A stretch of DNA of 63,447 nucleotides, filler included, from Aduncisulcus paluster (GCA_024181965.1; 41 parts of 41 records of this genome joined end to end with filler, not necessarily neighbours in it), one strand, 5' to 3'. Positions 1 through 10,772 are shown, numbered from the whole stretch's first letter. A program made the numbers and translations. Notes: generated by a model from the sequence alone, not told the origin.

Positions 1-1
1 T

Positions 2-892
2 TACAACCAGCTTTCCTTCTTCCTCAAGGATGCTTTCAAAACTCCTAATTAGCTTATTCTCTATGTTTAACTTTTCTTCTAATTGTTTTCTAGATTCTGC
101 ATAAAACCTATCTGCTTTAATTCCCAACACTGGAATTTTATCCTTTTGCAATTTTAAAAGAAGATCTTTAAGAATAGTTGTCTTACCAGTTCCTGCATTA
201 CCAACCAATAATGCTATAGGATTTCTCTCTTCTGCAGGTTCTTGATCTTCCTCAATCCAATTTATTAAATCAATTGTTTCTTGTCTTTCTATATGTGAAC
301 CTGGAAGATCATTAAATGTATTTGGTGCTTCAGCAAGCCTAAAAGAAGCCGAATTAAAATCTTGAATAATCTGACCTACTGATATTCGAACCTCTTTATT
401 GGTTTTGTCTTCTATTAACTGTTGAACTTTATCTGAGATTTCTTTTCGCTCTATAGATCCTTTTTTCTGAATTGGAGTTTCAGCTCTACTAATTAAGTTA
501 CTATATGTCGAATAAAAGTCCTCTAATATATAAGTTGGTACAGAATTAAAACTTTTTAGTTTATGAATATAACTGGTATGCAATTGACAATTTAATTCTC
601 TTTCGAATATTTCTTTTTTATCAATTTTCTGACCTTCAATAAATGCATTAAAAACACTTTCGATAATGAATAATTCAATCCATTCTTTGTATTCTTCAGT
701 TGAATCAGCAAGTTGGATCAGAGTTTGAACATAGAGAACCTTTATATCATCTTTAAGTCCTAAGGGAATATTTAGATCTTGGCAAAATTTCCTAAGGTCA
801 AAATTCTTAGTTATAGCTTCACCACTCCTTTTATTTAACTCTCGAAGCACTTTCCCAAAAGCAAATTTCCCTATAATAGTTCCCACTTCCAT
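2..892 (-). CDS. STAND/NACHT-like P-loop NTPase, N-terminal part (runs off the window); candidate defence protein
   Basis: Not in the ORF track; translated by hand. ATG at 892 after AAGGAGG, open to the edge (MEVGTIIGKF...). About 190 aa of unknown N-terminal domain, then HIERQET, Walker A ALLVGNAGTGKTT and PVLGIKADR. Confidence 0.65.
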   Translation of the reverse strand, partial: MEVGTIIGKFAFGKVLRELNKRSGEAITKNFDLRKFCQDLNIPLGLKDDIKVLYVQTLIQLADSTEEYKEWIELFIIESVFNAFIEGQKIDKKEIFERELNCQLHTSYIHKLKSFNSVPTYILEDFYSTYSNLISRAETPIQKKGSIERKEISDKVQQLIEDKTNKEVRISVGQIIQDFNSASFRLAEAPNTFNDLPGSHIERQETIDLINWIEEDQEPAEERNPIALLVGNAGTGKTTILKDLLLKLQKDKIPVLGIKADRFYAESRKQLEEKLNIENKLIRSFESILEEEGKLVV

Positions 893-914
893 CACGATTC
901 CTCCTTATCTTTTT

Positions 915-1087
915 TTAAAATCTATCCCTATGCCACTCCAAAAACTCCCTCTTCGGCATCCACTTATCAGGCAAAAGCATCTCTTGTCCTTCCAGTTTTC
1001 CGAAATGGGTTTGGTAGTATGTTTTGGTGCAGTGCTCTTTCAAGTTTGTTGAGAGAATCATACGGTAATCCTCATCGAAACTAATTA
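915..1087 (-). CDS. HNH endonuclease (COG3440-like putative restriction endonuclease), C-terminal fragment
   Basis: Hand translation ISFDEDYRMILSTNLKEH...FGKLEGQEMLLPDKWMPKREFLEWHRDRF* matches the typical tail of this family. Stop is 22 nt before the NTPase start. Confidence 0.7.
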
Positions 1088-1187
1088 NNNNNNNNNNNNN
1101 NNNNNNNNNNNNNNNNNNNNNNNNNNNNNNNTTAATTAATTAANNNNNNNNNNNNNNNNNNNNNNNNNNNNNNNNNNNNNNNNNNNN
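1088..1187. other. Artificial contig linker (first of 40)
   Basis: N-run + TTAATTAATTAA + N-run, with stops in all six frames. It recurs throughout, often with abrupt GC changes. Confidence 0.99.
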
Positions 1188-1851
1188 GGTTGTTCCAGAA
1201 ATCGGCGATCTTCTCCAGCGTCGGCACGTCGTTGGCGGCGATGGCACCGATCAGATCGATGTTCCCGCCCAGCTTGTCGGCGATCACATGCCACGGCAAC
1301 ATCGTTGTGGCAGTGAACAACTGCGTCCAGTCGGTGAACGCGCGATCGGGTGCGAAGGTGACCCGGGCGGTCTTCTGTCCCGGCTTGCAGTCGACCGTGG
1401 AGATATCGGCGTATCCCGCCGTGCTGGCGGCATCGAAATCGGGCAGCCTGCCGGATTGCGCGAACCAGGACAGCACCATGTCTTCGCAGGTCACTGGCTT
1501 GCCGTCGGAGTAGACGGCCTTTTCGTTGATGGTGTAGTCGAGCACCAGCGGTATGCGGCCCACGACCTCGACGGAGCCGAAGTCGTGGTCGGCGATCACC
1601 TGACCGTCCGGTCCATGGAAGCCGAAACCGGTGAGCACACGGTTGAACGCCTGCGCTCCGGCCGAGGCGTTACCCGCGACGCTATTGACGTTGTACGTGA
1701 TGAGGCGACCGTCGACGGCGTAGTCCAGCGTTTTCGCCGCCGAGGTCCAACAGGAGGTCAATAGCCCCGTCGCGAGCAGCACCGTGGTCGCGATGGCGCC
1801 GATACGCGCGATTCGTCTTGCCCCGGTCCGTGCTGGACCCCGTGAATCCAT
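1188..1851 (-). CDS. ABC transporter substrate-binding lipoprotein (Rv2585c-like), 5' part
   Basis: Lipobox LLTSC, family-5 SBP-like sequence, and position directly after secF as in mycobacteria. Confidence 0.8.
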
Positions 1852-3065
1852 CAGTGCCGCCGTGCGTTTCGCTTACCTTGAGGGCGGGCACCGGGCCTGG
1901 GTTTGGCGGGACGCACTGCGGTGGTGGCGCCATCGGATGTCGCCGACGTCGCCACTTTGGCGGCCTTGCTTACCGAACCCGTGTCGGCCAGAGGTGCGGC
2001 GTCGGGCTTACGGCGGCTGAGCACCTTCTTGGTGTGGCCCGCAACAAGATCCGTGCGCTCACGCAACGCCACCAGCAGCGGTGTCGCGAAGAAGATCGAC
2101 GAATACGTGCCCACCAGGATGCCGACCAGCTGCACCAGTGCCAGGTCTTTCAGCGTGCCGACACCCAGCAGCCAGATGGCGACCACGATGAGCGAGAGCA
2201 CCGGGATGGCCGAGATAAGGCTGGTGTTGATGGAACGCATGAAGGTCTGGTTCACGGCCAGGTTGGCGTGTTCGGCGAACGTGCGCCGCGAGGTGTGCTG
2301 GAAGCCGTGGGTGTTCTCCTCCACCTTGTCGAACACGATCACGGTGTCGTACAAGGAGAATCCAAGGATGGTCAGCAGACCGATCACCGTCGCCGGGGTN
2401 NNNNNNNNNNNNNNNNNNNNNNAACGCTCGTAGCGGACAGCGATGTAGATGCCGGCGAGCACCAGGAACACGCCCAGCGCCCAGAGCGCCTTGTTGGTGA
2501 TCTGGCTGCCCCAGGTCCCGGACACCGTGGAATCGCTGATGGCGTTGATGGACGGCTTACCGTCCGGCCCCTTCGGCGCGAACTTGTCGAAAAGCGCCTT
2601 GTGAAGCTTGGCGGATTCCTCGTTGTCGAGTGTCTCCGTGCGGATCTGAATCGAGGCGGTGGCGCCACTGCCGGTGATGACCACCGATTCGGCGTCGCGA
2701 CCCAGCGCCTGGCTGAAAACGTCCTCGGCCTGCTGGACGGTGGCCTCACCCTTCGGGAACGACACCTTGGTGCCGCCCTTGAAGTCGATGCCGAACGCAA
2801 ACCAGTTGATGGCGATCGACACAATCGCGATGACCATGAAGGCACCACTGATGCCGAACCACAGCTTGCGCTTACCGACGACGTCGACGGCGCCGGTACC
2901 GGTGTACAGGCGGTACAGAAACCCGTGTTCCGGTGCGGGGCTGCCGGTTTCAACCGCAGTCGACGTGGGTTCTTTCGCGGTGCTTTCCGCTGCTTCGGTG
3001 GTGTCGTCCACGACGTCCTTGTCGGTGCCGTTTCCGTTGCTCACTGTGCCGTTGCTAGTGCTCAT
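1851..3065 (-). CDS. secF: Protein translocase subunit SecF
   Basis: [22 protein letters not shown] and [10 protein letters not shown] motifs; one internal N gap. Confidence 0.96.
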   Translation of the reverse strand: MSTSNGTVSNGNGTDKDVVDDTTEAAESTAKEPTSTAVETGSPAPEHGFLYRLYTGTGAVDVVGKRKLWFGISGAFMVIAIVSIAINWFAFGIDFKGGTKVSFPKGEATVQQAEDVFSQALGRDAESVVITGSGATASIQIRTETLDNEESAKLHKALFDKFAPKGPDGKPSINAISDSTVSGTWGSQITNKALWALGVFLVLAGIYIAVRYERXXXXXXXXTPATVIGLLTILGFSLYDTVIVFDKVEENTHGFQHTSRRTFAEHANLAVNQTFMRSINTSLISAIPVLSLIVVAIWLLGVGTLKDLALVQLVGILVGTYSSIFFATPLLVALRERTDLVAGHTKKVLSRRKPDAAPLADTGSVSKAAKVATSATSDGATTAVRPAKPRPGARPQGKRNARRH

Positions 3066-3438
3066 GCGTGTGCTGCCGCCTTACGTTCGCGGGCAATCTG
3101 CTGGACCGCGCCGAGCCCGTTGTATGCGGGCTTGGACAGGGTCGCGGACTTCGAGGACAGATAGACAAGCGGCCACGTCACCAGGAAGACCACCACGACA
3201 TCCAGGATGGTGGTGAGCCCCAGGGTGAAGGCGAAGCCCTTCACCTGTCCGATGGCCAGGACGTAGAGCACCACGGCAGCCAACAGGGTCACCGCGTTGC
3301 CCGACAGGATCGTCTTACGGGCACGCGCCCAACCGCGCGGCACCGCCGAACGGTAGGAACGGCCTTCTCGTATCTCGTCCTTGATGCGTTCGAAGAACAC
3401 CACGAACGAGTCGGCGGTGGTGCCGATACCGATGATCA
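3062..3438 (-). CDS. secD: Protein translocase subunit SecD, C-terminal part
   Basis: VFFERIKDE and VKGFAFTLG motifs; stop overlaps the secF start. Confidence 0.95.
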
Positions 3439-3571
3439 NNNNNNNNNNNNNNNNNNNNNNNNNNNNNNNNNNNNNNNNNNNNTTAATTAATTAANNNNNN
3501 NNNNNNNNNNNNNNNNNNNNNNNNNNNNNNNNNNNNNNAAAGGTAGTGCGTATGCTTTTTTATTATTTGGT

Positions 3572-4705
3572 TACCTGGTTGATCCTGCCAGTAGTGATAT
3601 GCTTCTTTCAAAGATTAAGCCATGCAAGTCTAGTTCAAGTGATCACCTCGGTGAACACGAAACTGCGATAAGCTCATTATAAAAGTTAGAGTGTACAGGG
3701 TGCTTATCCACAGGTGTATAGTGGCTTGCCACGAACGCTTGTATCAACAGGGTATTTCGGATAACTCTGGAAAATCTGGAGCTAATACGTGCATGTGGTC
3801 TTCGGACCCACTGTATTTATCCGCTCTCGGAACCAACCTTGTCTTTCAGTTTCGGCTGGGAGGCTTGTGATGTGAACAAGGATAACTCAACTGACCGTTT
3901 CTTTCGAGACGGTGCGCCCTTCCACTTTCTTACCTATTAACTTTCGATTGTTGTGTAGTGGACAACAATGGTTTTGATGGGTACGGAGGATTAGGGTTCG
4001 ACTCCGGAGAGTCCGCCTTAAAGACGGCTGACACTTCCAAGGAAGGCAGCAGGCGCGAAAATTACCCAATCGACAATTGTCGGAGGTAGTGACGAAGAAT
4101 ATCAGGCTCGGGAGATTTTATCTTCCAGCTTCGAAATGGAAGGGGTTAAATCATACCCCTTGAGAAACTACTGGAGGGCAAGATCTGGTGCCAGCAGCCG
4201 CGGTAATACCAGCTCCAGTAGCATATATTAAAGTTGCTGCAGTTAAACCGCTCGTAGTTGGACTTCAGGGTGCCAGGCGCTGAGCCACTGGAAGCTTTCT
4301 AGTGTGATGACGTTATTAGCTTGTTGGATTGTCGCTTCGGCGGTGATTTGGCTCGTGAGTTGTCTTAGTTCAGGCCTCGTGTGCCCTACACTGTGCTCTC
4401 TTTTAACTTCGGTTGTGAGAGAGTGCCAGATACCTTGAGGAAATTGGAGTGTTCAAGGCAAGCGATTATTCGCGATTGACCACTGAAGCATGGAATATCG
4501 ACCATGACTCTTGTCACGGCTCGTTGGTTTCACGGCAGAGTAATGATTAATAGGAGCGGTCGGGGCCAGTGGTATGCTTGCGTGAGAGGTGAAATTTTTA
4601 GACCGCAGGCAGACCAACTACTGCGAAAGCATTTGGCAAGGACGCTTTCATTAATCAAGAACGAAAGTTGGGGGATCGAAGGCGATTAGACACCACCGTA
4701 GTCCC
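3572..4705 (+). rRNA. Eukaryotic 18S rRNA, 5' part (about 1.1 kb)
   Basis: Starts TACCTGGTTGATCCTGCCAG; contains GATTAAGCCATGC, GGAAGGCAGCAGG, GTGCCAGCAGCCGCGGTAA and ATTAATCAAGAACGAAAG. Confidence 0.98.
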
Positions 4706-4805
4706 NNNNNNNNNNNNNNNNNNNNNNNNNNNNNNNNNNNNNNNNNNNNTTAATTAATTAANNNNNNNNNNNNNNNNNNNNNNNNNNNNNNNNNNNNNNN
4801 NNNNN

Positions 4806-5855
4806 CCAGTAACTGCTACCCCGGCGTTTGCGTCGGAGGGAGGCTTCGAGAAGACCCAAAGAAGAAGACCATACCCCACATGCATTTTCTGCCAGTACTC
4901 GAACCACTGGTGTTGGGAATGTGATCATAGGGGAGGCAGACGTTTACCGAGAGGCGCAGGACAGAAGAAGGTGACCCCTGAAGCGTGGCAAAGGTATGGA
5001 CAAATCATTGCTGACAAGAGACCTGACCTGAGGGCGAAATTTGACGAATTTGCGAGAAGTTCAATCGAGAAGTATGGCTTTGACGTGGATGGAACATGTT
5101 TGGGAGATAGGAAGTATGTTGGAGGAGAAGGACACACCAGAGGCCGGTATATACCCAGAGAAAGAATCATGAAGAAGGATAAACCCTGCTGGAACTGCAA
5201 AGAACTTGGACATTTTACCCGAGAATGTACTAAACCAATGCAAACCGCCGATATTATTCAAGCAAACCGTAACCTGTACTTCACAGACAGGAAAGCTTTC
5301 TTTGCGAGTAAACCCTCTGGTAGATACCCGAAAGAGTTAAAGAAAACAGAAGAAGGAAACCCTCAAACCCAGAGAGATGTCTCTAAAATCATCGACAGCA
5401 TCTTTGCTGGTATTCAATACACGAGGAAACCCTCAACCCCACCCAACGTTTTATTAATCGATACCCTCAGGAACAAACCCGATGAAAAGAAGGAGGAGGA
5501 GAAAATTATAAGCGAAGAAGAAGCCTGGGGAACAGAGTTCGACATGTTTGTCGAGGAAACCTTAGCGAAACAAGCTAGTCGAATAGGAAAGAGAAGAGGG
5601 AGCGAGATCCCACTCGTGGAAAACTCAAAGGCCTGGGGAGTCACCCCGACAGGGGAACCGTTGACACCAGCACCCACATCTGATACTGAGAAACCCCAAG
5701 AACAGTTCAAACCCAAGAGGAACTACAGAAGACCCCCACCTGGGATCAGATGGCAGGACTGGAAAGAACACGTAGACAATCTCTGCGAAGAACTCGAAGA
5801 CAAACCCAAGTCTGAGGAAAGAGGACGAGGATCAAAGACCAGAGGAAACCTCTAA
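4806..5855 (+). CDS. Retrotransposon Gag-like protein with two CCHC zinc knuckles (5' truncated)
   Basis: CWNCKELGHFTREC in the listed ORF, plus an in-frame upstream knuckle CIFCQYSNHWCWEC (4881-4922) before the track's start. Confidence 0.7.
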   Translation, partial: PVTATPAFASEGGFEKTQRRRPYPTCIFCQYSNHWCWECDHRGGRRLPRGAGQKKVTPEAWQRYGQIIADKRPDLRAKFDEFARSSIEKYGFDVDGTCLGDRKYVGGEGHTRGRYIPRERIMKKDKPCWNCKELGHFTRECTKPMQTADIIQANRNLYFTDRKAFFASKPSGRYPKELKKTEEGNPQTQRDVSKIIDSIFAGIQYTRKPSTPPNVLLIDTLRNKPDEKKEEEKIISEEEAWGTEFDMFVEETLAKQASRIGKRRGSEIPLVENSKAWGVTPTGEPLTPAPTSDTEKPQEQFKPKRNYRRPPPGIRWQDWKEHVDNLCEELEDKPKSEERGRGSKTRGNL

Positions 5856-6159
5856 ATCAGAAGAAGAACCCGTTTGGTTAAAACTCTGCAAGAATGCAAG
5901 AAAAGTGGAAAAAGAANNNNNNNNNNNNNNNNNNNNNNNNNNNNNNNNNNNNNNNNNNNNTTAATTAATTAANNNNNNNNNNNNNNNNNNNNNNNNNNNN
6001 NNNNNNNNNNNNNNNNTGTGGAAAATCATAGAGTCTATTTTTGCTTTTAGAAAATCTTCTCTTTGTTCAGTTTGTTTACATTCTGAGTAGAGAGATTACT
6101 TTTCATACAGAAGTAATCGTAAGTCTCTTTTCTACGCCATTTCACTTTTATTTCACTTA

Positions 6160-7073
6160 TTGGACCTGAAATCAAGGAAGGTTACCCCCTGAATTTAAGC
6201 ATATTAATAAGGGGAGGAAAAGAAATCAACAGAGATTCCCTTAGTAGCGGCGAGCGAAGCGGGAAAAGCCCATGCCTTAATCTTTCTTTCAGTGTTTGGG
6301 AGAATGAGTTGTGGCGTAAGGGCCAGTCAATATGCCAGTGCGTAACGGTAGTAGTCGAAGTCACATGAAAAGGTGTGCCAGAGAGGGTTATAGCCCCGTA
6401 GACATTGTCGTATCGTATTGGTGAGCTGGTCTGAGAGTAGCGTAGCTTGAGAGTGTTACGTGAATATGGGAGGTGAACCTCTTCCAAGGCTAAATATTAG
6501 GGTGAGACCGATAGAGTACGAGTAGCATGAGCGAAAGACACACGACGTTGAAAAAAGCGTCATCAATGAATCTGAAACCGTTATGGTGGAAGCGTAGAAC
6601 AGTGCGGGATTATTGTACTGCTTGGTGGGAGATGTGACTTTTTACGTCCTCTCCTTGTGGGAACACGATGGGAGTTTCAGCTTCTTCGGTGGAGATAGAC
6701 AAGGTACCTAGAGGTGATCGTTGCTTGCAACATTATGTTCATCTTTGGGACTTATAGGTCTTTCTTTCATGGGGAGGATTGGAACTGAGGAACTTACTGC
6801 TTGTTTCCCTTGGGTTATAAGCGAGTCATCGTGAGCGGTGTTCTATGACCCGTCTTGAAACACGGACCAAGGAGTCGTACTCTGCTGCAAGTCGGCGGGT
6901 GGTTAAAACCCTGTTTGGCGCAGTGAAAACAAAATTTCTCCAAGCTGTGATGTCCAGGCCTCCGTGCCTCGTCAAATATGGACTGCAACAGTGCCCGCAA
7001 TCTTATACCTAAGGGTTTGATTGATGAGGTGGAGCAGTAGCGTACGGACCCGAAAGGCTGTGATCTTTGCCTG
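6160..7073 (+). rRNA. Eukaryotic 28S rRNA 5' part, preceded by probable ITS2 (6017-6159)
   Basis: CTGAATTTAAGCATAT, GGAGGAAAAGAAA, AGTAGCGGCGAGCGAA and GACCCGTCTTGAAACACGGACCAAGG; start is approximate. Confidence 0.96.
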
Positions 7074-7381
7074 NNNNNNNNNNNNNNNNNNNNNNNNNNN
7101 NNNNNNNNNNNNNNNNNTTAATTAATTAANNNNNNNNNNNNNNNNNNNNNNNNNNNNNNNNNNNNNNNNNNNNTTGCTGTGTAAATGTAAAATGTTCGCA
7201 ATAATCAGAATGTTTAACATTTACGAAAGCACCTAGAGTACCGTAATAAACTTTCAAGCAAAATATACAGTAGTATAATACACCGGACAATGCAGAATAC
7301 ATTATGTAAATGGTAAGGTCCAACTCAATAACCTCAATATTTATGGGGGCGAAGCGACCCTTCGTCCTAAACAGTGAATAT

Positions 7382-7440
7382 GGCGTGGTTATGAAACAGA
7401 TCCCTGTAGGAGGAATCTGTTCATAACCATGCCTTTTTAT
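7382..7440 (+). terminator. Intrinsic terminator-like long hairpin
   Basis: GGCGTGGTTATGAAACAGAT pairs with ATCTGTTCATAACCATGCC and is followed by TTTTTAT. Confidence 0.7.
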
Positions 7441-7443
7441 ATT

Positions 7444-8906
7444 GGTTCTAAGTCAATAGTTGGGGTGCAATCTTAACAGATTGCACTCCATTACTGTTTT
7501 TGGAGTGAAATTAAAGTGCACTTAGATGCGTGTTAGTTGTGAGTATGCTTAATAAGCCAATAGTCATTGGCTGGTTATTATTGCTAGATATTAGTGATTA
7601 CAAGTATGTAAAATTCTGTTTCTAAATCTATTGAAGTTTTGAAAGCCGTATGAAACTCGCTTAAGAACTTTTATCTTGTTATTAAAACCTTCAGTAGGAC
7701 CATTAGTATATCCATACTTGAAAGCGTGTAGAATCTCTTTATGCCAGTTCCTGAATGCTTTAATACAATGTTTGAACTCAGAAATGCAAACTGATTCAGC
7801 ATACTTGATCCAGTCATTATAAGCTTTACGCTGCAAAGAGTATTTATCCATCTTACATATGCTGTAGAACTTTTCCTTAAGAAGATATGCAGTCCTTAAA
7901 TCATCATGGTACAAAAGCATGTTTTCAAGACGTTCTTTATCATCCATTGAGAGCTTATGGTTTCGTTTAAGAATAAGTGATCTGCTCCGTTTGAAATACT
8001 TTCTAACAGAAGGTGTCATGTTCTTTTGAGCGCGTTTTCGCACATTTTCAATAGCCCAAGTTACTTGTCTGATAAAGTGATATTTATCTGTGATAATTTT
8101 GGCGTTAGGCAAGAAATCTCTAGCTATTTGAGCATACTGCTTCCACATATCACACACAAAGTATTTAACCTTTTGTCTTTCAAAGAGAGGTATAGACCTG
8201 AAGTAGGCTTGTAGGTGTTCTAATCTTCGATCAGGAAGTATGTCGAGTATACGCTTCTTCTGAGCATCTACTAGGATGCATTGATACTTGTTGTTGCCAG
8301 CATTTCCTTTGAATTCATCAATAGAGAGAACTTTAGGCATTCGTGTAATCTTGGGATAACTGACAAAGTCGAATGTTCTAGAAACCGTTGTCGGAGATAA
8401 TCCAAGGTCATTTGCAATGGTTGTGATTGGAATGGATTTGGCCATTTGATCACAGATCATTGCACTTACACGGTTAGTTTTACGTTGGTATTTGGGCAGG
8501 AAATCATAGGATTCATAAAACCTTTTACCACAAGTACATATGTAGCGTCTTTTCCTCAGGATTATTAAAGTATGCTTACCACTAATGGGAAGGTCTTTGA
8601 ATGATTGATTTCTATAGTCATGAACTCTAGAAGTGTGATTACCACACGAAGGGCAAGGAACTGCTTTCTTTGCTGTTGTTACATATAACTTGATTGAAGT
8701 ATCGGTATGAGAAACTTTCTTTACACGAATCCCTTCCAAACCGAGCAACTTGCTGATAGAATAATTGTGCACTTATAACTTAGCTCCTTTCTTATGTTTT
8801 TCTCGACAACTAACATTTTAAAGAGTTTTGTCTATAAGTGCATCTCTATTTTTTGAGATAACAATGGGGTGGATTAATAATCCACCCCAACATTTATTGT
8901 AGAACC
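7444..8906 (-). mobile_element. Complete ISL3-family insertion sequence (1463 bp)
   Basis: 24-bp terminal inverted repeats GGTTCTAAGTCAATAGTTGGGGTG and GGTTCTACAATAAATGTTGGGGTG (18/24 identical). AT-rich 8-bp flanks TTTATATT and TTATTATT are only an imperfect duplication. Confidence 0.9.
7591..8772 (-). CDS. ISL3-family transposase
   Basis: CPSCG zinc finger, SIDEFKG, CDMW, DKYHF and TNGPTEGFNNKIKVLKRVSYGF motifs. Confidence 0.97.
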   Translation of the reverse strand: MHNYSISKLLGLEGIRVKKVSHTDTSIKLYVTTAKKAVPCPSCGNHTSRVHDYRNQSFKDLPISGKHTLIILRKRRYICTCGKRFYESYDFLPKYQRKTNRVSAMICDQMAKSIPITTIANDLGLSPTTVSRTFDFVSYPKITRMPKVLSIDEFKGNAGNNKYQCILVDAQKKRILDILPDRRLEHLQAYFRSIPLFERQKVKYFVCDMWKQYAQIARDFLPNAKIITDKYHFIRQVTWAIENVRKRAQKNMTPSVRKYFKRSRSLILKRNHKLSMDDKERLENMLLYHDDLRTAYLLKEKFYSICKMDKYSLQRKAYNDWIKYAESVCISEFKHCIKAFRNWHKEILHAFKYGYTNGPTEGFNNKIKVLKRVSYGFQNFNRFRNRILHTCNH

Positions 8907-9113
8907 TTATTATTTTGGTAGGCCTCATACTCTGAACGAATAGATTCTACCACCGCATGAACAGTCGATATTTCAGTCAGCTTTGAAGCATTGTGACCAA
9001 CGAATACAAGACCGTTTTCCGTGTCACCTTCAACAGAGGCAACAAGGGCGTCCGTAATGCAGTAAGGCGTTGTCGCCGGATTACATCCTTTAAGGCATGT
9101 GTAGCAGCGGGTT
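8894..9113 (-). CDS. Nitronate monooxygenase/FabK-like flavin oxidoreductase, C-terminal fragment
   Basis: Hand translation TRCYTCLKGCNPATTPYCITDALVASVEGDTENGLVFVG...NNKVLQ*; the stop lies inside the IS end. Confidence 0.75.
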
Positions 9114-9213
9114 NNNNNNNNNNNNNNNNNNNNNNNNNNNNNNNNNNNNNNNNNNNNTTAATTAATTAANNNNNNNNNNNNNNNNNNNNNNNNNNNNNNN
9201 NNNNNNNNNNNNN

Positions 9214-10246
9214 TTTTTCTAATGTCTTGTAATTGTAAATCCATAATTGTTGACTGATTTACTTTTTTTATTATATCTTTGTAAAAATGCTTTGTTTTAA
9301 ATAATTGTAATATAAATTGATGATTATATAATTTACTATCAACTCTTATCACTGCTATATTTTGAGTAATTGCTATTGGAAAGTTTTCATTCACATAGGC
9401 ACTTAATCCTATTGTTCCAGTTTTTGTTAAAAATATATCACCTTTAGTGGCTTTGGCTTTTGAGGATAAAATGTTATAAGAATTTTCAGAGATTTTAGGA
9501 GCCATTTTATAATTTATTCTACCACCTTTTAGTTCTCTTGCAGATATTAAAGGAATACCATTTTTTATATACTCGGGTCTAATTGTTAAACCATATGATA
9601 TTTGTGTTGATATACTTTTTAAAGTTTTCTCTTCCCAATCACAAAACTCACTTCCATCATCGCTTACAAATCTAATCTCTTGATTAAATATCTTTTGCAT
9701 CACACTTTTTTTATACTCTTTTAGTAAGGTTACTTTTTTTGTGAGTTGTTCTATTTTTGTATCAACCGAAGTTAAAAAAGAAGCTATTTTTTCTTGTTCT
9801 CGTTTTTGTGGTAATGGAATTATCATTTTTGATATCATATCCATTCTTACAGAATCAACAGAGTTTTTAGCACTTAATTTTATAACTCTTTTATAAAAAT
9901 TATTTGAGAAATAAAAGAATAAATATTTTCCAGATACATTTTCTTTAAAATTATGTATATTATATACTCTTTGATGATAGTCAAATTTTTCATTTAAATA
10001 ATGAAATACTTTACCTACTCCTACACCATCTCCTGCTGTTAATATAGCTTCTCCATCAAATGAATATGAATTAATTCTTTCTATTGTTTGAGACCTAACA
10101 AAAAATGGATATTCCCCATTATCAATTTTATTCTGAGTATCTTTATTTCCTGTTTTTATATCAGCTAAATTACCAAGAAATTCTTCTTCCCATTCACCAC
10201 TAAACTCTTTAAATCTTAACTTTGGTACATTTATATTTTTACTCAT
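9214..10246 (-). CDS. hsdS: Type I restriction-modification specificity subunit (3' truncated)
   Basis: VPKLRFKEFSGEW, EQEKIASFLTSVDTKI and MQKIFNQEIRF conserved regions around two TRDs. Confidence 0.95.
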
Positions 10247-10596
10247 CATTTGCTCCATCGCTTAGTAAACTTCTTTCTCGTAAAAGCTCTTTTTGAAGCT
10301 CTTCTACTGTTGGTAAAAATGGCAAATATTTTGAAGAAAAAAGCTGTTTGCTCTCTGCTAGGACACTATACTTCGCTACTGCATTTGAGCTTTCACTACA
10401 TAGTATTAGTCCGATAGTTGGATTGTCATCTTCACTTTTTTTGAACTTATCATAAACTCTGACATAAGTATCCATCTGTCCCACATCTTGATGGGTAAGT
10501 TTTCCAAGTTTGAGATCGATGAGTAAAAAACATTTTAATTTAAAATTATAAAAAACCAGATCAATGTAAAAGTCCTGCTCCTCAACACTCAATCTC
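10239..10596 (-). CDS. YhcG/DUF1016 PDDEXK nuclease-domain protein, C-terminal part
   Basis: FYIDLVFYN, LIDLKLGKLTHQDVGQMDTY and DNPTIGLILC motifs. Confidence 0.92.
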
Positions 10597-10731
10597 NNNN
10601 NNNNNNNNNNNNNNNNNNNNNNNNNNNNNNNNNNNNNNNNTTAATTAATTAANNNNNNNNNNNNNNNNNNNNNNNNNNNNNNNNNNNNNNNNNNNNTAGT
10701 CACGGTGGTGCTGACCTCCCGGTCCCGAGAA

Positions 10732-10772
10732 GTTACTCGTCAGTAACAAGTGTAATGTTACTCGCGGGTAAC
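10732..10772. promoter_or_regulatory. Two tandem palindromic operator-like sites before a minus-strand gene start (GGAGG...GTG at 10703)
   Basis: GTTACTCGTCAGTAAC (10732-10747) and GTTACTCGCGGGTAAC (10757-10772). Confidence 0.6.

Noticed and set aside
3887-7000. Short ORFs at 3887, 4504, 6182 and 6815
   Set aside because: They lie within the 18S and 28S rRNA genes.
9214-10596. YhcG nuclease next to hsdS as a new defence system
   Set aside because: DUF1016 genes are common passengers in type I R-M operons.
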